Source: Podarcis filfolensis
Taxonomy: Eukaryota
Length of the DNA stretch: 64,000 nucleotides
Strand: one strand, 5' to 3'
Assembly (NCBI GenBank): GCA_964270895.1
Contig: OZ185443.1
How positions within the stretch are numbered: position 1 is the first letter of the stretch; each line of letters opens with the position of its first letter. The position numbers and the translations under genes are program-made. This document shows positions 24,750 through 37,158 of this stretch, in pieces. Below the pieces are notes generated by a model that saw nothing but the letters and a program-made list of their open reading frames with translations, did not search any database and was not told the origin of the DNA.

Positions 24750-27700
24750 CTTCAACATGGTCAGGGACATTTTCATCAGGAATACGCTCAATCAGAGTCT
24801 CAATAGACTCATCCCAAATGGGCCTGGTGTCAAAGATGTCCTCGGCAACTGACTGCTGGGTCTCAATGGATGGCACATTTTCAATAACTGAAACTTCTAG
24901 GGCGCTACTACTTTCATCATCTGAAACTAATTCTTGTTCTTTCTCTGACTGAGTAAGTCTATCCACTAATTTGGAAGCTTCATCGCTAATCTCTTCAAAG
25001 AACTCTATGGAGTTTTTGTAAAGGTCAAAAAAATGTTCCTTACTTTCTTTAGTGGGACTAACAGCACTGCGGGAAGCTGAGGCGCTTCTGTTCTTAACGG
25101 GCAACCGCGAAGGAAATATCTTTGGTCGTGAAGTCGTCTGCTCGTCTGAGTCTACCTCAAGCTTCATCTCACCCACCCTCTCTCTGGTTTCTGCTTCGGC
25201 CTCAGCATAGCTTCTAGCTTTGACTGAACGCTTAGCCTTTGAGTCCACGGAGGCACTTTCATCAGATTCAGATTTGCTCCTAATGTCTTGTTTCGCAGGT
25301 AGCTTGCATGTTTTGTCAAGAGCTTTAGCTGACTCTGGCTTCCAGACAGATGTCTCAGTATACAAACACTCTTGTTCAACTCTTTGGAAAACTGCTTTGA
25401 CTGGAATCTTAGACTTTGGTTTGGACGGGTCATCCTCCGATTCCTCTAGGGCCTCAACAAAGCTATCTGAAGGAAGGCTCTCAAGCTCTGATTGTTGCAA
25501 TGAGTGGGATGCTGCGGGAGTTGTCCTAATGGGAATTTTGGATTTGCTTTCAGAAGGCACACTTTCCATGATGGCAGTGGGGATTTCAATCACAGATTTC
25601 TGCTCCTCCGGTGAGGAGTCTGGGGAATCATCTTCCTGCTCAGCATACACCGACCTAGTGACTGTTGAAAAATCTAACTGTACATCAATCACAGTCTGCT
25701 CAGGAGAGACAGGGCAAGGCACCTGGGAGCTGTCAAACATGTCTTCAGTATCAGGTCTAGGGAAGAAGTCATCATCATCTGAAGGAGCAGTTTCTTTCTT
25801 TGGTGACTTTGAGGAGGCTGAAATGCCCATTTTAATAGGGATTCTAGATTTAATATCCCCTTTTGTGGTATAGAAACCACTGGCCTCATCCTCTGATACA
25901 GACGTGAGTGAGCCTTTTATAGGCATCTCTGCTTCATCTAGTTCAGAAGACGCAAATGGAACTGGGGGTTGCTCCTGCTGGAGAGATTCCAGGCCTTCAG
26001 CTTCTCTCATTTCTTCAGATAAGGACACATCTTCCTGAGACTGCTCTCCCATTTGGAAAAAGTGTAAGTTTTCATCAGAATAATTCCTCTTGGTCATGTC
26101 AATGGCACCACTCCTTGTCATTTCAAACAATTTCCCTTCCTGGAAAAGAAAGGGGTTTTGTTCACTGGTAGGCGTCCCTTCTTCTGTAGGAGTCCTGGCT
26201 GGTGTCGTGTCAGGTGTGGTGCCTTGTGATCTCCTGTCTACCATTAAGCCAAATATCCTTTGTTCTTCCTCTTTCACCCGAGCCTCAAAAGCATCATCAT
26301 CTTCACGTATCTGACTCCACTTGTCAGAATCCACATCTGTCCTGGTTATGATCACTTGGTTGATTATTTTCTCAGCTTCATCTCTGATATCTTGTAGAGC
26401 AGCTTCATCTAGTGAGGTGGCCTCTGATGTTGAAGTTGATTGTTTCTGAAAGATGCCCACATGTTTGGATTCTAACTCCATATAGATATCTTCTGAGGTC
26501 TGAACCTCAGAACCTACAGATGCTGGTGTACAAAGGGAACTGGTCAGTGCAATTTCCTCACTGAAGGTAGTTTCTACCTCAGTAGAATGATGAACCCCAG
26601 ATGACTGGTCTGTTGTCATTCTTAAACCAGTTCCTGAACTAATTTCAGTGCTAGTAAAAAAGTGCTGTGAAGGGACATTTTCATAAGGGCTTGTTATAGG
26701 CAGAGAACTGCTCTCATCAACATCATCTGCATTCCTTTCAGGGTCACCCTTTTGGGTTGTTTGAGGCGAATGGTCTGCAGAGTGTTCTACACTACAAAAA
26801 TCCCTTTGTGCCATCTCTACAATGTTGTTAGTTTCAGCCAAATCACTTCCCAAAGGGGAGTGAACAGGTGAAACAACAGTAGCCAATTCATCATTTGGGG
26901 ATATACAGCAATGAGAGGAGCCAGGGATACAGGAGCCCCCTCTGGTTCCCATGGCAACCATGTCTCTGGATGTTACCTCCTCAGATGCTCCACCATCTTT
27001 CTCAGAATCATCCTGGTTGTGAGACGCCGCTGAGGTTTCATATAACTCAGCTATTTTGGGGGCGTCACCACCCACAGAATGATAGAATGCCTCCTCAGGC
27101 TGCATCATGGGGCCATTAGGGCTAGCAGTGTCACTCTCATCAGTGCTGTAGCACTTGGACTCGCTAGCTTGTGCTATGATGCTAGTATCTGAGGCAAGAG
27201 AGGTGTCACCAGACATTTTGGTTTCCTCTGTTGGCTTATCTGATTCTGTGTTGTCCTCTTCGGTACCAAATTCATGCTGCTTGGATTCAATAGGCTGAAA
27301 CCCTGTTTCTTCAGGACTAGAACTGGAATCCCTATAACAAAGATGAGGTGAAGGAGGCTGCACCCTAATTACAGGCTCCATCAGCAGCCCAGAGTCAGCC
27401 TCCTTTTTCAGCTTTGTTAATTCTGGCTCACTTTCTGAAGAGGAAGAAGTCTTTCTAGATTCAGCTGCAGAAGTGAGTACAGTAGGTATGCCATCATCTT
27501 CTACAGGCGTTGAGGGTGCAAATTCAAGTTCAGACGCAGCTTCCAAATCAGAAGCTGAAGCAGCATCTTCTTGTTTGGGGTCCTTTCTATAGTCCCGCTT
27601 CTGCTTTGCTTCCTGTTCCAGCTCATCAAACATTTTGACTTTAGTCACCATTTTAAACATCTCTTCTTCTGGTGTGAACCTCCTCGTCGGCTCACCTTCG

Positions 27701-30700
27701 GGGTCATCTTCTGGCTCTTCGCTGACTTCAGGAATCACAGCTGACTTGGGTATGTTTGAGAGCATTTGCGAATCTGTTGTCTTGGGTGTGATTTCATAAC
27801 TAATTTCTTCGGAGCTGGGAGTCTCGGGTGAAAGAGGGCTTTTCCCTGAGCTTTCCATAAGAGAGGTTTGCTCTAAACTGTCATCTTCAGCACTGCCATC
27901 AGGGTCACGTAAAAGTCTAGATCGCACAGGTGTCAGCTCTGGGAAGTTTTCTGCTTTGGCAAAGGCAGCCTGCATGGGACCAGGTCCTGGAGGGAAGCCA
28001 GTCTTTGTTTTCTGTTCTACGGGGCTGCTTTCAAGAGAATCACGGCAGGGGGATTCTTTGGTAGGACTAGGCTCAAGGGAATCGGGTGTTTTACGGGAGG
28101 AATTATCTTCCAGTACTGGGCTTGCTTCTAATGAGTCTTTATGGCTTATAGCTAAGGATTCATCTGCAACTGGGCTAAGACCTTCACTGTCTTGGCTAGG
28201 AAGTGAAAGCTCCAGTCCTCTACTAATGGCATGGTGCTCAAAGGATGCCTGATCCTCTTTCTCTAAAATAGTATCATGCACTTCAGATAACTTAGTTAAA
28301 TGTCCTTGCTCAGTAGCCATAGATAACTCATCCCTGACAGCATCCTTATCAATCAATGTTGAGCTAGAATCTGTACATTTGCCTATCTCTTCTTTGGAGG
28401 TTGTAACTTCTACTTCTTCTGACAAACGAGGAGAGAGGGACTCTGAGCCGATTATAACTTTTATGTCTTTGTCAGCAACAGTCCTTTCACTTTTTGTTGG
28501 AGAAAGTCCCTTTGGTGAATGTGCCTCTGCTGCTCTCTGCACTGTACTGGCTAATTCTGTTTCTTCCATCTGGTCAGCAGTTTCTGTTTTCTTTGGTGAA
28601 AAAGAGAGGCTCTCGGGGCTTGTTTCTGGAGTTTCGGCCAATCCCTCATGCTTATAACTTTCCTCAGAGCTGATCTGAGGGGTCCCATCGAGCAGGCTAC
28701 CAACTGGAGAATCTGCTATGCCTTCATGTTTAAGGCTTTCTGAGCTGCCATCCAGAGCACCACTTTGCAAGGAGAGAGCGGGCAAAAAACCATCTTTCAC
28801 ATATTCTGATGGAAATGTAACATTGAATGGACTGGTCAGTACTTGATCTAAGTGAAGCTCACCTTCCTCGGTAATTGAAATGTGCCGGAACTGTTGGTAT
28901 TTATCATTCTCCTCAAGCTCTTCCTTTATGACATCAGTAAAATCTGTGGACGTCTTTCTGTCTGGGCTGATTTGAAGGTCAGTATCCCCTTGGTCATCAA
29001 ATGTCAGGGCCACACCCTTTGCATTGTCATCATCAGTTGCTGGAACATCTTTTCCTGCAGTTTTACTACTCTGCTGCTTTGTCTGCTGCATGGCTAAATC
29101 TTTTTTCAGAGTACCTTGTGCCTCTTTCTTAGATTGCAAGCCTGCCTCTGCCTGAGGTTCCTGGCTCTTTTTACCTTTCGGACTATCTTTTTTGTGTGTG
29201 TCTCTTTGTGTCATTGCCTGCTTCTTTTCAGTGTCTGCCTGAGCAGCTCCTTTCTTAGCCGGCTCTTTCTCAGAGACCTGCTGTTTCTGTTTCACAGACT
29301 TATGCTCAAAAAGTCCAGCCTTATGCTTTGATGGATCTTGACCTGACTGGAAGGCTTTCATCAGTTCACGAACAGACATTGTTTCTTCAAGTCTCTCTGT
29401 TTTAGAAGAAGGTGAAACAGGTGGCTTCTTGGTTGTGGGAGAAACAGGTGGCTTCTTAGATGTGGGAGAAACGGGTGGCTTTTTAGATGTGGGAGAAACA
29501 GCTGGCTTCTTAGTTGTGGGAGAAACAGCTGGCTTCTTAGTAGAGGGAGAGGAGAGTTTTGAAGCAGAGGGGGAAGCTGCAGTCTTTGAGGCAGAGGGAG
29601 AAGCGGGAATCTTTGAGGCAGAGGAGGAGGCTGCAGTCTTTGAGGCAGAGGGAGAAGCTGGTGTTTTTGAGGCAGAGGGGGAAGCTGGGGTCTTTGAGGC
29701 AGAGGGAGAAGATGGGGGTTTCGCTTTGTAAATAATTTTTTTAGGCTGCGATAGCTTTGCAACAGACTTCTCGGTTGCCCCTTCTTTTCCTGGGGTGCGA
29801 ACAGGCAATTTTGAACGTCCTTTCTGCTCATCTTCCACTCTCTTCTGAAGGGCTTTCACTTTATCTTTGATTGAGCCAATAGGAGTTTCTTCTATAACAG
29901 GAGACACAGCTGTTGCCTTGGAAGGCTCTGCAGGGGCTAACCCTACCTCTTCATCTATAGACTCATCTGAGCTGAACTTTGTTAGTCCTGAATGTTCTTT
30001 CTTTCCTTTGGTTTCTTCATCCTTTGGCTTTTGTTTATCTTTTAATTTCTTCCTAACTGGTTTTTTAATTTCCAAGGTAGGTTTTTGCTGGACCTGCTTC
30101 TTCTCTTGGCTTCCCCCACCTTTTTCAGAGCCCCTGCTTACAACCACAGCTTCAAATCTCTCTTCTACTATGTCTTCTTGTAATGTCTTAGGCTGCATTT
30201 CATTAAGTGACATGTAATCTTTTAGATCTTGGCTGAGATGATCGATCATTCCCGCCATGTCTTTCTTTTCTTTCTCTGTTTTCCCTTTGCCTATTCTAGT
30301 TTCTGTGCAAACAGGCTCGGTAACTTCCAGCGGAGCATTCTGCTTAGCCTCTTCTATTTCTTCATCGCTTACAAGGACCCATTCTTCTTCCGCCAGCTCT
30401 TTCTCAGAACTGGATCTTTGAAGAACTGGCCCTTCTTTTGGACAGCTTCCACTTCTCAGGATTTCATTCACTTTTTCCAAATCCTCCTTGACTCTTTCCA
30501 CAATCTCAAATGGTTCTCCAGGTTCTTCATCGGCAGCTTTCACAAGGTCCTTCACCTTAATGGAGCCTGACTTTTCAGCTGAGTCTGTGGTCAAGATGGC
30601 ACTCATTTTAATCAAATCTTGTTTCATCTCAGAGACTTCAGATAGCAAGTCTGGGCTGGCTAGGACAGGGACTTCATTGACAAGGTGACTTTTCAGGACA

Positions 30701-30731
30701 GATGTTTCTGTAGATTCTGTTTCATCATCAT
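24750..30731 (-). CDS. ANK2: ANK2 giant exon, 5,982 nt (1,994 codons), phase 1-1; specific to giant (440-kDa type) ankyrin-B
   Basis: 2,055-aa ORF; acceptor catcaaag|AT GAT GAT GAA, donor GAAG|gtattt; begins DDETESTETSVLKSHLVNEVPVLASPDLLSEVSEMKQDL and ends PIWDESIETLIERIPDE as in human ANK2; contains EEWVLVSDEEIEEA and KLFEMTRSGAIDMTKR. Confidence 0.97.
29405..29722 (-). repeat. Coding tandem repeat, 27-nt (9-aa) period, two subtypes
   Basis: TPASPSASK-type units followed by KKP(A/P)VSPT(T/S)-type units. Confidence 0.92.
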
Positions 30732-32209
30732 CTTTGATGCAAATGGGGAAAAACATTGGAAATAAATGGAAATCGAAAATAGAGATTGAAAAAATGTAAT
30801 CAGGACTGAAATGATTGTCTTTGATTGCAGCGGTAGGAGGGTCAACAAAACTGTCTGGGTATGGTGGATCCACAAATCTGAGGGTGGAAAAAAAAGCAAA
30901 GCAAAGCTAACGGGGGGAAAACTGAAAAGGAAAGTGGGCAGGAAATAACTTGCTTAGTTTTCGCAGTACAGCACACACACACATACAACACCAAAGCTTT
31001 TATCAACCAAGGACACTAGAAAAACAAAAGTGGGCAAGAAAAAGAAACAGTGGAATTTACACAAAGATAGGCATCTCAAGATTGTCCAGATGTTACAGAT
31101 CAATGTTCAAATAAAAACAGAGAACAAAGGTGTGTGGGGTGGGGGGAGATTGTTAAGTTGGTTGGAAGTTGATCTCCTCAAAGAGAAAGCCAGTGGTAGC
31201 AAACTTCAGAACCAAAATTAGGTAAACGGTTGTAAACTTTTGTTTAAGAACCAAAGTTAGAACTTGTGTATTTACATTTAATTCTGAGATAATCTAGAGT
31301 AAATGAAATGCATTGATATCTGAGGCAGCTGCAAACCGGCATTTCATCTAAGGGGAATCTTACATTCAGATGGTGACACAGACACACACAGGCTTTTATT
31401 TCAAGAGGAATGGTCCTTTCCTTGGAACATCCTCATTATTCAAACAAATGGAGGGGAAATCAAGGGAAAGAGATGATGATGATGATGATGATAATATAAA
31501 AAAGTGGGAAGGGAAATTTTAAATAGTGACTAGCTCAACAGAGAATTCATAGGTTAGGGGGGAATGTAATGCATGGCAACCAAAAACATTCATACAGGGC
31601 ACATACACACACACAGACACAAATAGACACAGTACATATACATATATATGTAAGCCAAGTTATTTCCATGCAAAGCAAAGCTGTTGCATACATTGCAGGG
31701 TAAGTATCCTTACAATAAAATAAAAGGAAAAAAGACACCAACAAAACTTAAGATGGTTATAAATGAAAAAGGCTTAAAATCATATGCAACATACTATGGT
31801 GAAGTATTGTCCCCACCCCCACTATTAACATATAAAGCATCAGGAATATGTTTTCAGTAAAACTTACTTCAGAGTAATGTGTCTCCCCTCCCCCATATTC
31901 GTTCAGGGGTTTTGTGTGAACGAAAGCATTTTAAAATTTCTTATCATTTAGCAACACAAACGCGCGGAATTGGTTAAACTTTGAGACTATATGATATTGT
32001 AACTTGACCAAAAGGCCAAGAAATGAGCATCATGGAGAAGAAAAGCAGAGCAGAGGAGGAGCCCAACTAGAGAGGAGGTAAAGACAGAGGAACCTGACCC
32101 AAGGCAGCCTGCAATTCTGCATGAAAAGATTTATTTAATGATGTATTTTAAGAATGTTTACCTCCCATTCTTCTGCTGAAAAGTAGCTTCCAGTGTAACT
32201 TCCTGATCA

Positions 32210-32505
32210 TTTGAGGTCCAGCTCCGAGGGCCTGGCAGTTCCCTCACTGCAAGAAGTGAAGTTACAGGGAACAGAGGGCCTTCTCGGTAGTGGCGCCCGC
32301 CCTGTGGAACGCCCTCCCATCAGATGTAAAGGAAATAAAGAACTAGACAACTCTCTGAAGATACCTGAAGGCAGCCCTATATTGGGAAGTTTTAAATGTT
32401 TGATGTTTTATTATACTTTTAGTTTTGTTGGAAGCCACCCAGAGTTGCTGGGGCAACCCCATCAGATGGGCGGGGTATAAGTAATTTTGTTTTCATTTAT
32501 TTATT
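32210..32505 (+). mobile_element. L2 LINE 3' fragment
   Basis: agggccttctcggtagtggcgcccgccctgtggaacgccctccc ... gttggaagccacccagag ... cagatgggcggggtataa. Confidence 0.8.
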
Positions 32506-33893
32506 ATTAACAGAAGTCATTTTACAAAACAGTTCATTATTTAAGAATGTAACGATCTCTTTTTAAATTTATACTTCTTCCCTTAGCCACGGACTTCGAC
32601 TGTGCCCAGTGGAAGAATGGGCTGCCTTGCACAGCTCCCACCTAGACCAAACCACTATGGCCTGGAAACTGCCTTTGGCAATTCAGCACTGCCTGGTGAC
32701 CTTTCTTGGGTGAGTTTTTAGGGTGAACTAGGGAGAGAACTTTGCCACCTGATCTACTCCAGGGCTATAGGTTCAAGTCCCTGCCTGGACTCATGGCAGT
32801 GTTTTCCTTCCCTGCCCTTCCAGGCTTCTGAAAAAGCAGCTGTTTCTTTTACTGCATGTTTCCTGCTGCTGGCTGATGGGGCCATGAAAGAATTTCACTT
32901 GCCTGTGTCAATGGCTGTTTAGTTCCAGAATTTTTGCCTCCCTTATAGCAAATGTTAATTGTTTCATTTTTCATTTTCGTGTCAGGAACTCTGGCCCAAC
33001 TAACTGAGGACTGGCACTGGGCAGGGGCCACAGCATTAGGGCAAGAGGGATGCTACATGCTCCACCTACAGGGTGAGTACGGCCTCATGGGCCCAATGGC
33101 TCACTTCCACTCAATTTGCACTCTGCAGTATCTTCCATAGCTTCTGGTTCGTGAAAGCAGACAACATGAGTGGCGTAAGCTGACCTTCCAGCAACTGGGT
33201 TGAAAAGTATCACTGGTAGCAGGGCTGCCATGTTGTTTTGGTCCTTTGCCCATGCCATGATCTGCCTGGAAGCTGTAATTTAGTGAACTTGTGACCTGAT
33301 TTTACCCCAACACTTGTTGCCATCATTCCCCTTCCTGTCCTGTTCCACTTCCAACTACAGGTATAATCAATAATAGCAAGTGACAATGTCCCAATACATA
33401 AATATGCTTTTCAGAAATACTTCACCAAAGTAAGAGAGGGTGAATGGATTATGGAACTTTGTTACTTAAAACAGTATCACTTTTATACACAGGGACATGC
33501 ATATTGCATGTAAACAATTTAATGAAGGTAGTTTATAGAAGCTGAATCTTTAAAGGTGATACTGTAATTAACTTATAAAATGCAATGACTTTATGTGAAC
33601 ATACATACAAAATAAAAAATGAAATAAAATATGGGGATTTATACAAGCCTAACAGCAATAGCAGGGGTCACCAGGGGATGTCAAAAGGAAAGTGAATGCT
33701 TAGATGAACTGTCTTAGTACTTTTATTTTAATTATTAGTAACATATTAAATAACATCTAAAAGCTAAAAGCTAAATTTACATTATTATATCATTCTTTTA
33801 GAAAATTAATATCATCAGTGGCAATTAGAATTTGCACACTCTCTTATGCTTAACTTAATGATTAGACAAATAACATTTTTATTACAATCTTAC

Positions 33894-33915
33894 GTTTTTC
33901 TGATGTCATGTCAGT
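33894..33915 (-). CDS. ANK2: ANK2 22-nt exon, phase 0-1: TDMTSEK(H)
   Basis: tctctttcag|ACTGACATGACATCAGAAAAAC|gtaaga; matches human IDMTSEKN; supplies the phase 1 needed by the giant and death-domain exons. Confidence 0.92.
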
Positions 33916-34098
33916 CTGAAAGAGAACACAGAGTGAAATGGTTACAGCACTTTGAGTCATAACAACCAGTGAGAAATATCACCTAGAACACCAGCTAATT
34001 TACCATTGAAGCCTGTAGGTCAATCCTAAATACACTTTATTGGAAGTAAAACCCACTGGATTCAATTGGAGTGCCTTCCTGATAAGTATTGCAACTTA

Positions 34099-34342
34099 CC
34101 GTATTTTTCGCTCTATAGGACGCACCCGACCATAGGACGCACCGACCCCTCTCGCTCTCCAGGCTTCAGCGAAAGCAACGCGTAGCCTCCGGAGCGCAGA
34201 GGGAACGCTCCCTCTGCGCTTTGGAGGTTTCGCGTTGCTATCGCTGAAGCCAAGGAGCTTACATTCGCTCCATAGGACGCACACACGTTTCCCCTTAATT
34301 TTTGGAGGGGGAAAAGTGTGTCCTATAGAGCGAAAAATACGG
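34099..34342. mobile_element. Tc1/mariner-type (pogo/Tigger-like) MITE, TA TSD
   Basis: TA|CCGTATTTTTCGCTCTATAGGAC ... GTCCTATAGAGCGAAAAATACGG|TA, plus an internal palindrome. Confidence 0.9.
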
Positions 34343-35310
34343 TACCTGGTTGTCCAGACAAGCTGAATTCTAATAAGAGCTAGCAATGCCTTTAAGCCAC
34401 ACATGAACCTTGGTAATTAGTTCCTGCTATTATCAAACTATATAATCTAAATTTTTAATTTGTTGCATTTAGGCTCTAAGTTGGAATTTGCACAGAAAGA
34501 TCACTGAGCAGGACAGGGAGAAACAGTGAAGAAGGTGGAAGCGGCAAGCAGGTTATTCGTATCTCGACTTGCAAAAGTGCAAGAACAATATATTGGCACA
34601 TTTGTTAGTAAAAAAGTAGGAGCCACGTACGTAGCTTGAGATGTCCTAAGATGCCAGCTATGCATCTGATATCACAGTAGGTGTCTAAGGTTCTATTACC
34701 TTGTAGAAATTCTTTGGAGGGAGAGGGCAATATTTGCTTGGGGGGGGGAATAGAAATAATACAGCTCTATTATAATATTCATCACCACCTTTCTAAATTT
34801 TAAAATGCAAGGTGAGATGGAGATAATAAACTGTGGCTAAAACAAAAACGTGGAAGGAATAGAGAGGAGGGAGGAGTGCACAAACCTAAGGCGCATTCAT
34901 ATAATAGGTTAGCATTGCATCTGAATGAGTTTTAGTATGTAGTGTATCACTGCACTAATTTCTGACATTTTTTTTAAAATCAACTTCATATTTATTTCTG
35001 CATCTAAACAGTTCTGATTTTTATTTTTTTTAAATCAATTTTATTTATTTATTTTTAAATGCATTTATAAACAATGACTCAGATTCTCAAATAAAAATTT
35101 AAAAGATCACACGTACTGTGTTTTTATCTTTCCCCCCCTCCTGCTGCAGCTCTTTACAATTTGAAGAGTTGCTCCTCAGAGTTCGAGGACTCTGGAGCCA
35201 TGAGTGAGTGCATTGCAGGGAGACTTGGTGAACTTCTGCATGCATACCCAAGGGAATTTTAATTTTGGTCTCAGGGGTTTTATAGAGTACTGATCTATTA
35301 GCAAGATTAC

Positions 35311-35343
35311 CTCTTCTTCCTGTTCTTGATCTGATTCTGATTC
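35311..35343 (-). CDS. ANK2: ANK2 33-nt exon: ESESDQEQEEE
   Basis: gctgaaag|GAA acceptor, GAG|gtaatc donor; matches human ESESDQEQEEE. Confidence 0.92.
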
Positions 35344-36733
35344 CTTTCAGCCCAATATGCCATGCAAGAAAAGAGAAAAACAGAGCAGGAAAAGATAGGA
35401 TGCAGTTAAAGGAAAAGAATGATTTCTGGTCATATTCAATTGGCAAGAGTACAAAACGAACACTATTTCTGCACTTTTTCCTAAGGAGGAAAAAAGGGGA
35501 ACAAGAGAATCAGTTCATTATTTTTCTTAAGCTGGGGACTTAAGATAATTAAAAAGTGGGAAGCTGTTTGGGTATTTTAGGCTCTTTCTTGATTTTTATT
35601 ACTGCATTTCAAAGAAGCCAAGATACTATTTCTCAACCACCAAGCCTGACCCAAGTATACAAGATTGGACCTGCCATTTGCCATGCTGGCTCAGGCAGTG
35701 GATTGGGAGAGGCAGCAGATTGTAAACCTCCATTCACCACCTGTAGGGCTGCCCCCACCATCACTACTGTTGGCTGCTTGGCATGTCCTGTTCTGAGGAA
35801 TGTCACCGAATTGCTGTGACAACAGCAAATACTGTTGAAAGCAAGCAGGGCAATGCTACGCTGCTACCCCCCAAAAGTGAGGAGGTGGCGGTGGAGGTCT
35901 TGTGCCAACCCTGAAAATACATGGTTGGAATGTCAAAGAAAATGTAACAAAATTTTGCATGTGTTAATTGCTCTCTTCATATTTGATTTTTCAAGCTTAA
36001 ATCTGTAATACTTTAAATTCCAATGAAAGTGAGAAGACACACATCGTGCACATGAGACTCTGTTCTATGCATTTAATTGCTTATGTGAATGACTTGCCTA
36101 TGAACACAAATAAACAGAAGATCACAGATCAACTTGGAATGGGCAAGAAGGTGATATATATGAGAACCCAGACTCTAAAGTGCCTTTGCAGTCTTTCTCC
36201 TCCAGCACTACACTTCTGTCTGAGCAAACTACTAGGCTTAATGCTCAAGAAATCTGCAAAGTATCATATGATGGGTTCTTTTGGTATTGGCTCTTTGGAT
36301 ATATATAATCCCCAGTATTTACACTTTTAACTCAGAAAATCGATGCTGCTGAGCCAATTCAAGGCCATGGTGTGAGAGCCACCCACCTAGAGAATACTCT
36401 ATAATTAATGCACCCTCTATGTTAGGAACCTATGACCTTACAGATGATGATCTAACTGCCATCCACTCCATCCAGCACAGCCAATGGGAGGAGATGTTGA
36501 GAGATGTAATTTGGCAACATCTGGAGGGCCACGGGCTCCCCAATCCTACTCTATATGTAATATTAAAAAATGTTTAATTAAAGTCTTAAAAATAAAAACT
36601 CACAGCCACTTAACCCAAAAGATAAGCCACTCCTTGTAGTTTGTGCAAAACAAAGCCAGGGATTAGGAGCTCTGAAATTTCAGTGTGCCAGCTAGTATGT
36701 GAGCAAAGATCTTTTCATTGTATTATGCAGTAC

Positions 36734-36856
36734 CTTTGTGTAATTTGGCAATGTGATATTCAGATTGCAGATGGCTTGATGTACGAGGCCTCTAGAAGAT
36801 TTAGGCTCCTTCATAAATGACAAGCGCCCACAAGGTTCTTGTGTTGTGTCTCGGAC
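36734..36856 (-). CDS. ANK2: ANK2 exon, 123 nt, UPA: [41 protein letters not shown]
   Basis: gcactag|GTC acceptor, AAG|gtactg donor. Confidence 0.96.
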
Positions 36857-36974
36857 CTAGTGCAAAAAGCAAAGCACACACAATGCTATAGCTTAAAGAG
36901 ATATAAAATACTACAGAGACAAAATTATAAAATATTTATGATGCAAATGTATTAAATGTACGGATGAAGACATA

Positions 36975-37158
36975 CAGTCATACCTTGGGTTATGAACGCT
37001 GCGGGTTGCGTGTTTTTGGGTTGTGGACTGCTTGCACATGCGCAGAAGCACCAAATTGCATCATGTGCGTGTGCAGACGCAGCGCTTAAGGCTGCGAATG
37101 CTGCGAGTTGTGAACGTGCCTCCTGCACGGATCACATTCGCAACCAGAGGTATGACAG
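36975..37158. mobile_element. Tc1/mariner-type MITE, TA TSD
   Basis: TA|CAGTCATACCTTGGGTT ... AACCAGAGGTATGACAG|TA. Confidence 0.82.

Noticed and set aside
24605-30688. Many plus-strand and alternate-frame ORFs overlapping the giant exon (e.g. 25220-25873, 29429-29731)
   Set aside because: Expected shadows of a long Ser/Glu/Pro-biased coding sequence and its repeat; no recognisable domains.
30732-30873. ORF-track start MDPPYP of the 2,055-aa ORF as the real N-terminus
   Set aside because: The codon is GTG. Homology to ANK2 starts at DDETEST after the acceptor at 30731. The upstream part is treated only as a possible alternative extension (see finding).
31696-31707. Perfect plus-strand donor CAGG|GTAAGTAT (antisense transcript, or a U1 5'-end-like sequence on the minus strand)
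   Set aside because: Isolated 12-mer with no acceptor, no further U1 similarity and no other support.
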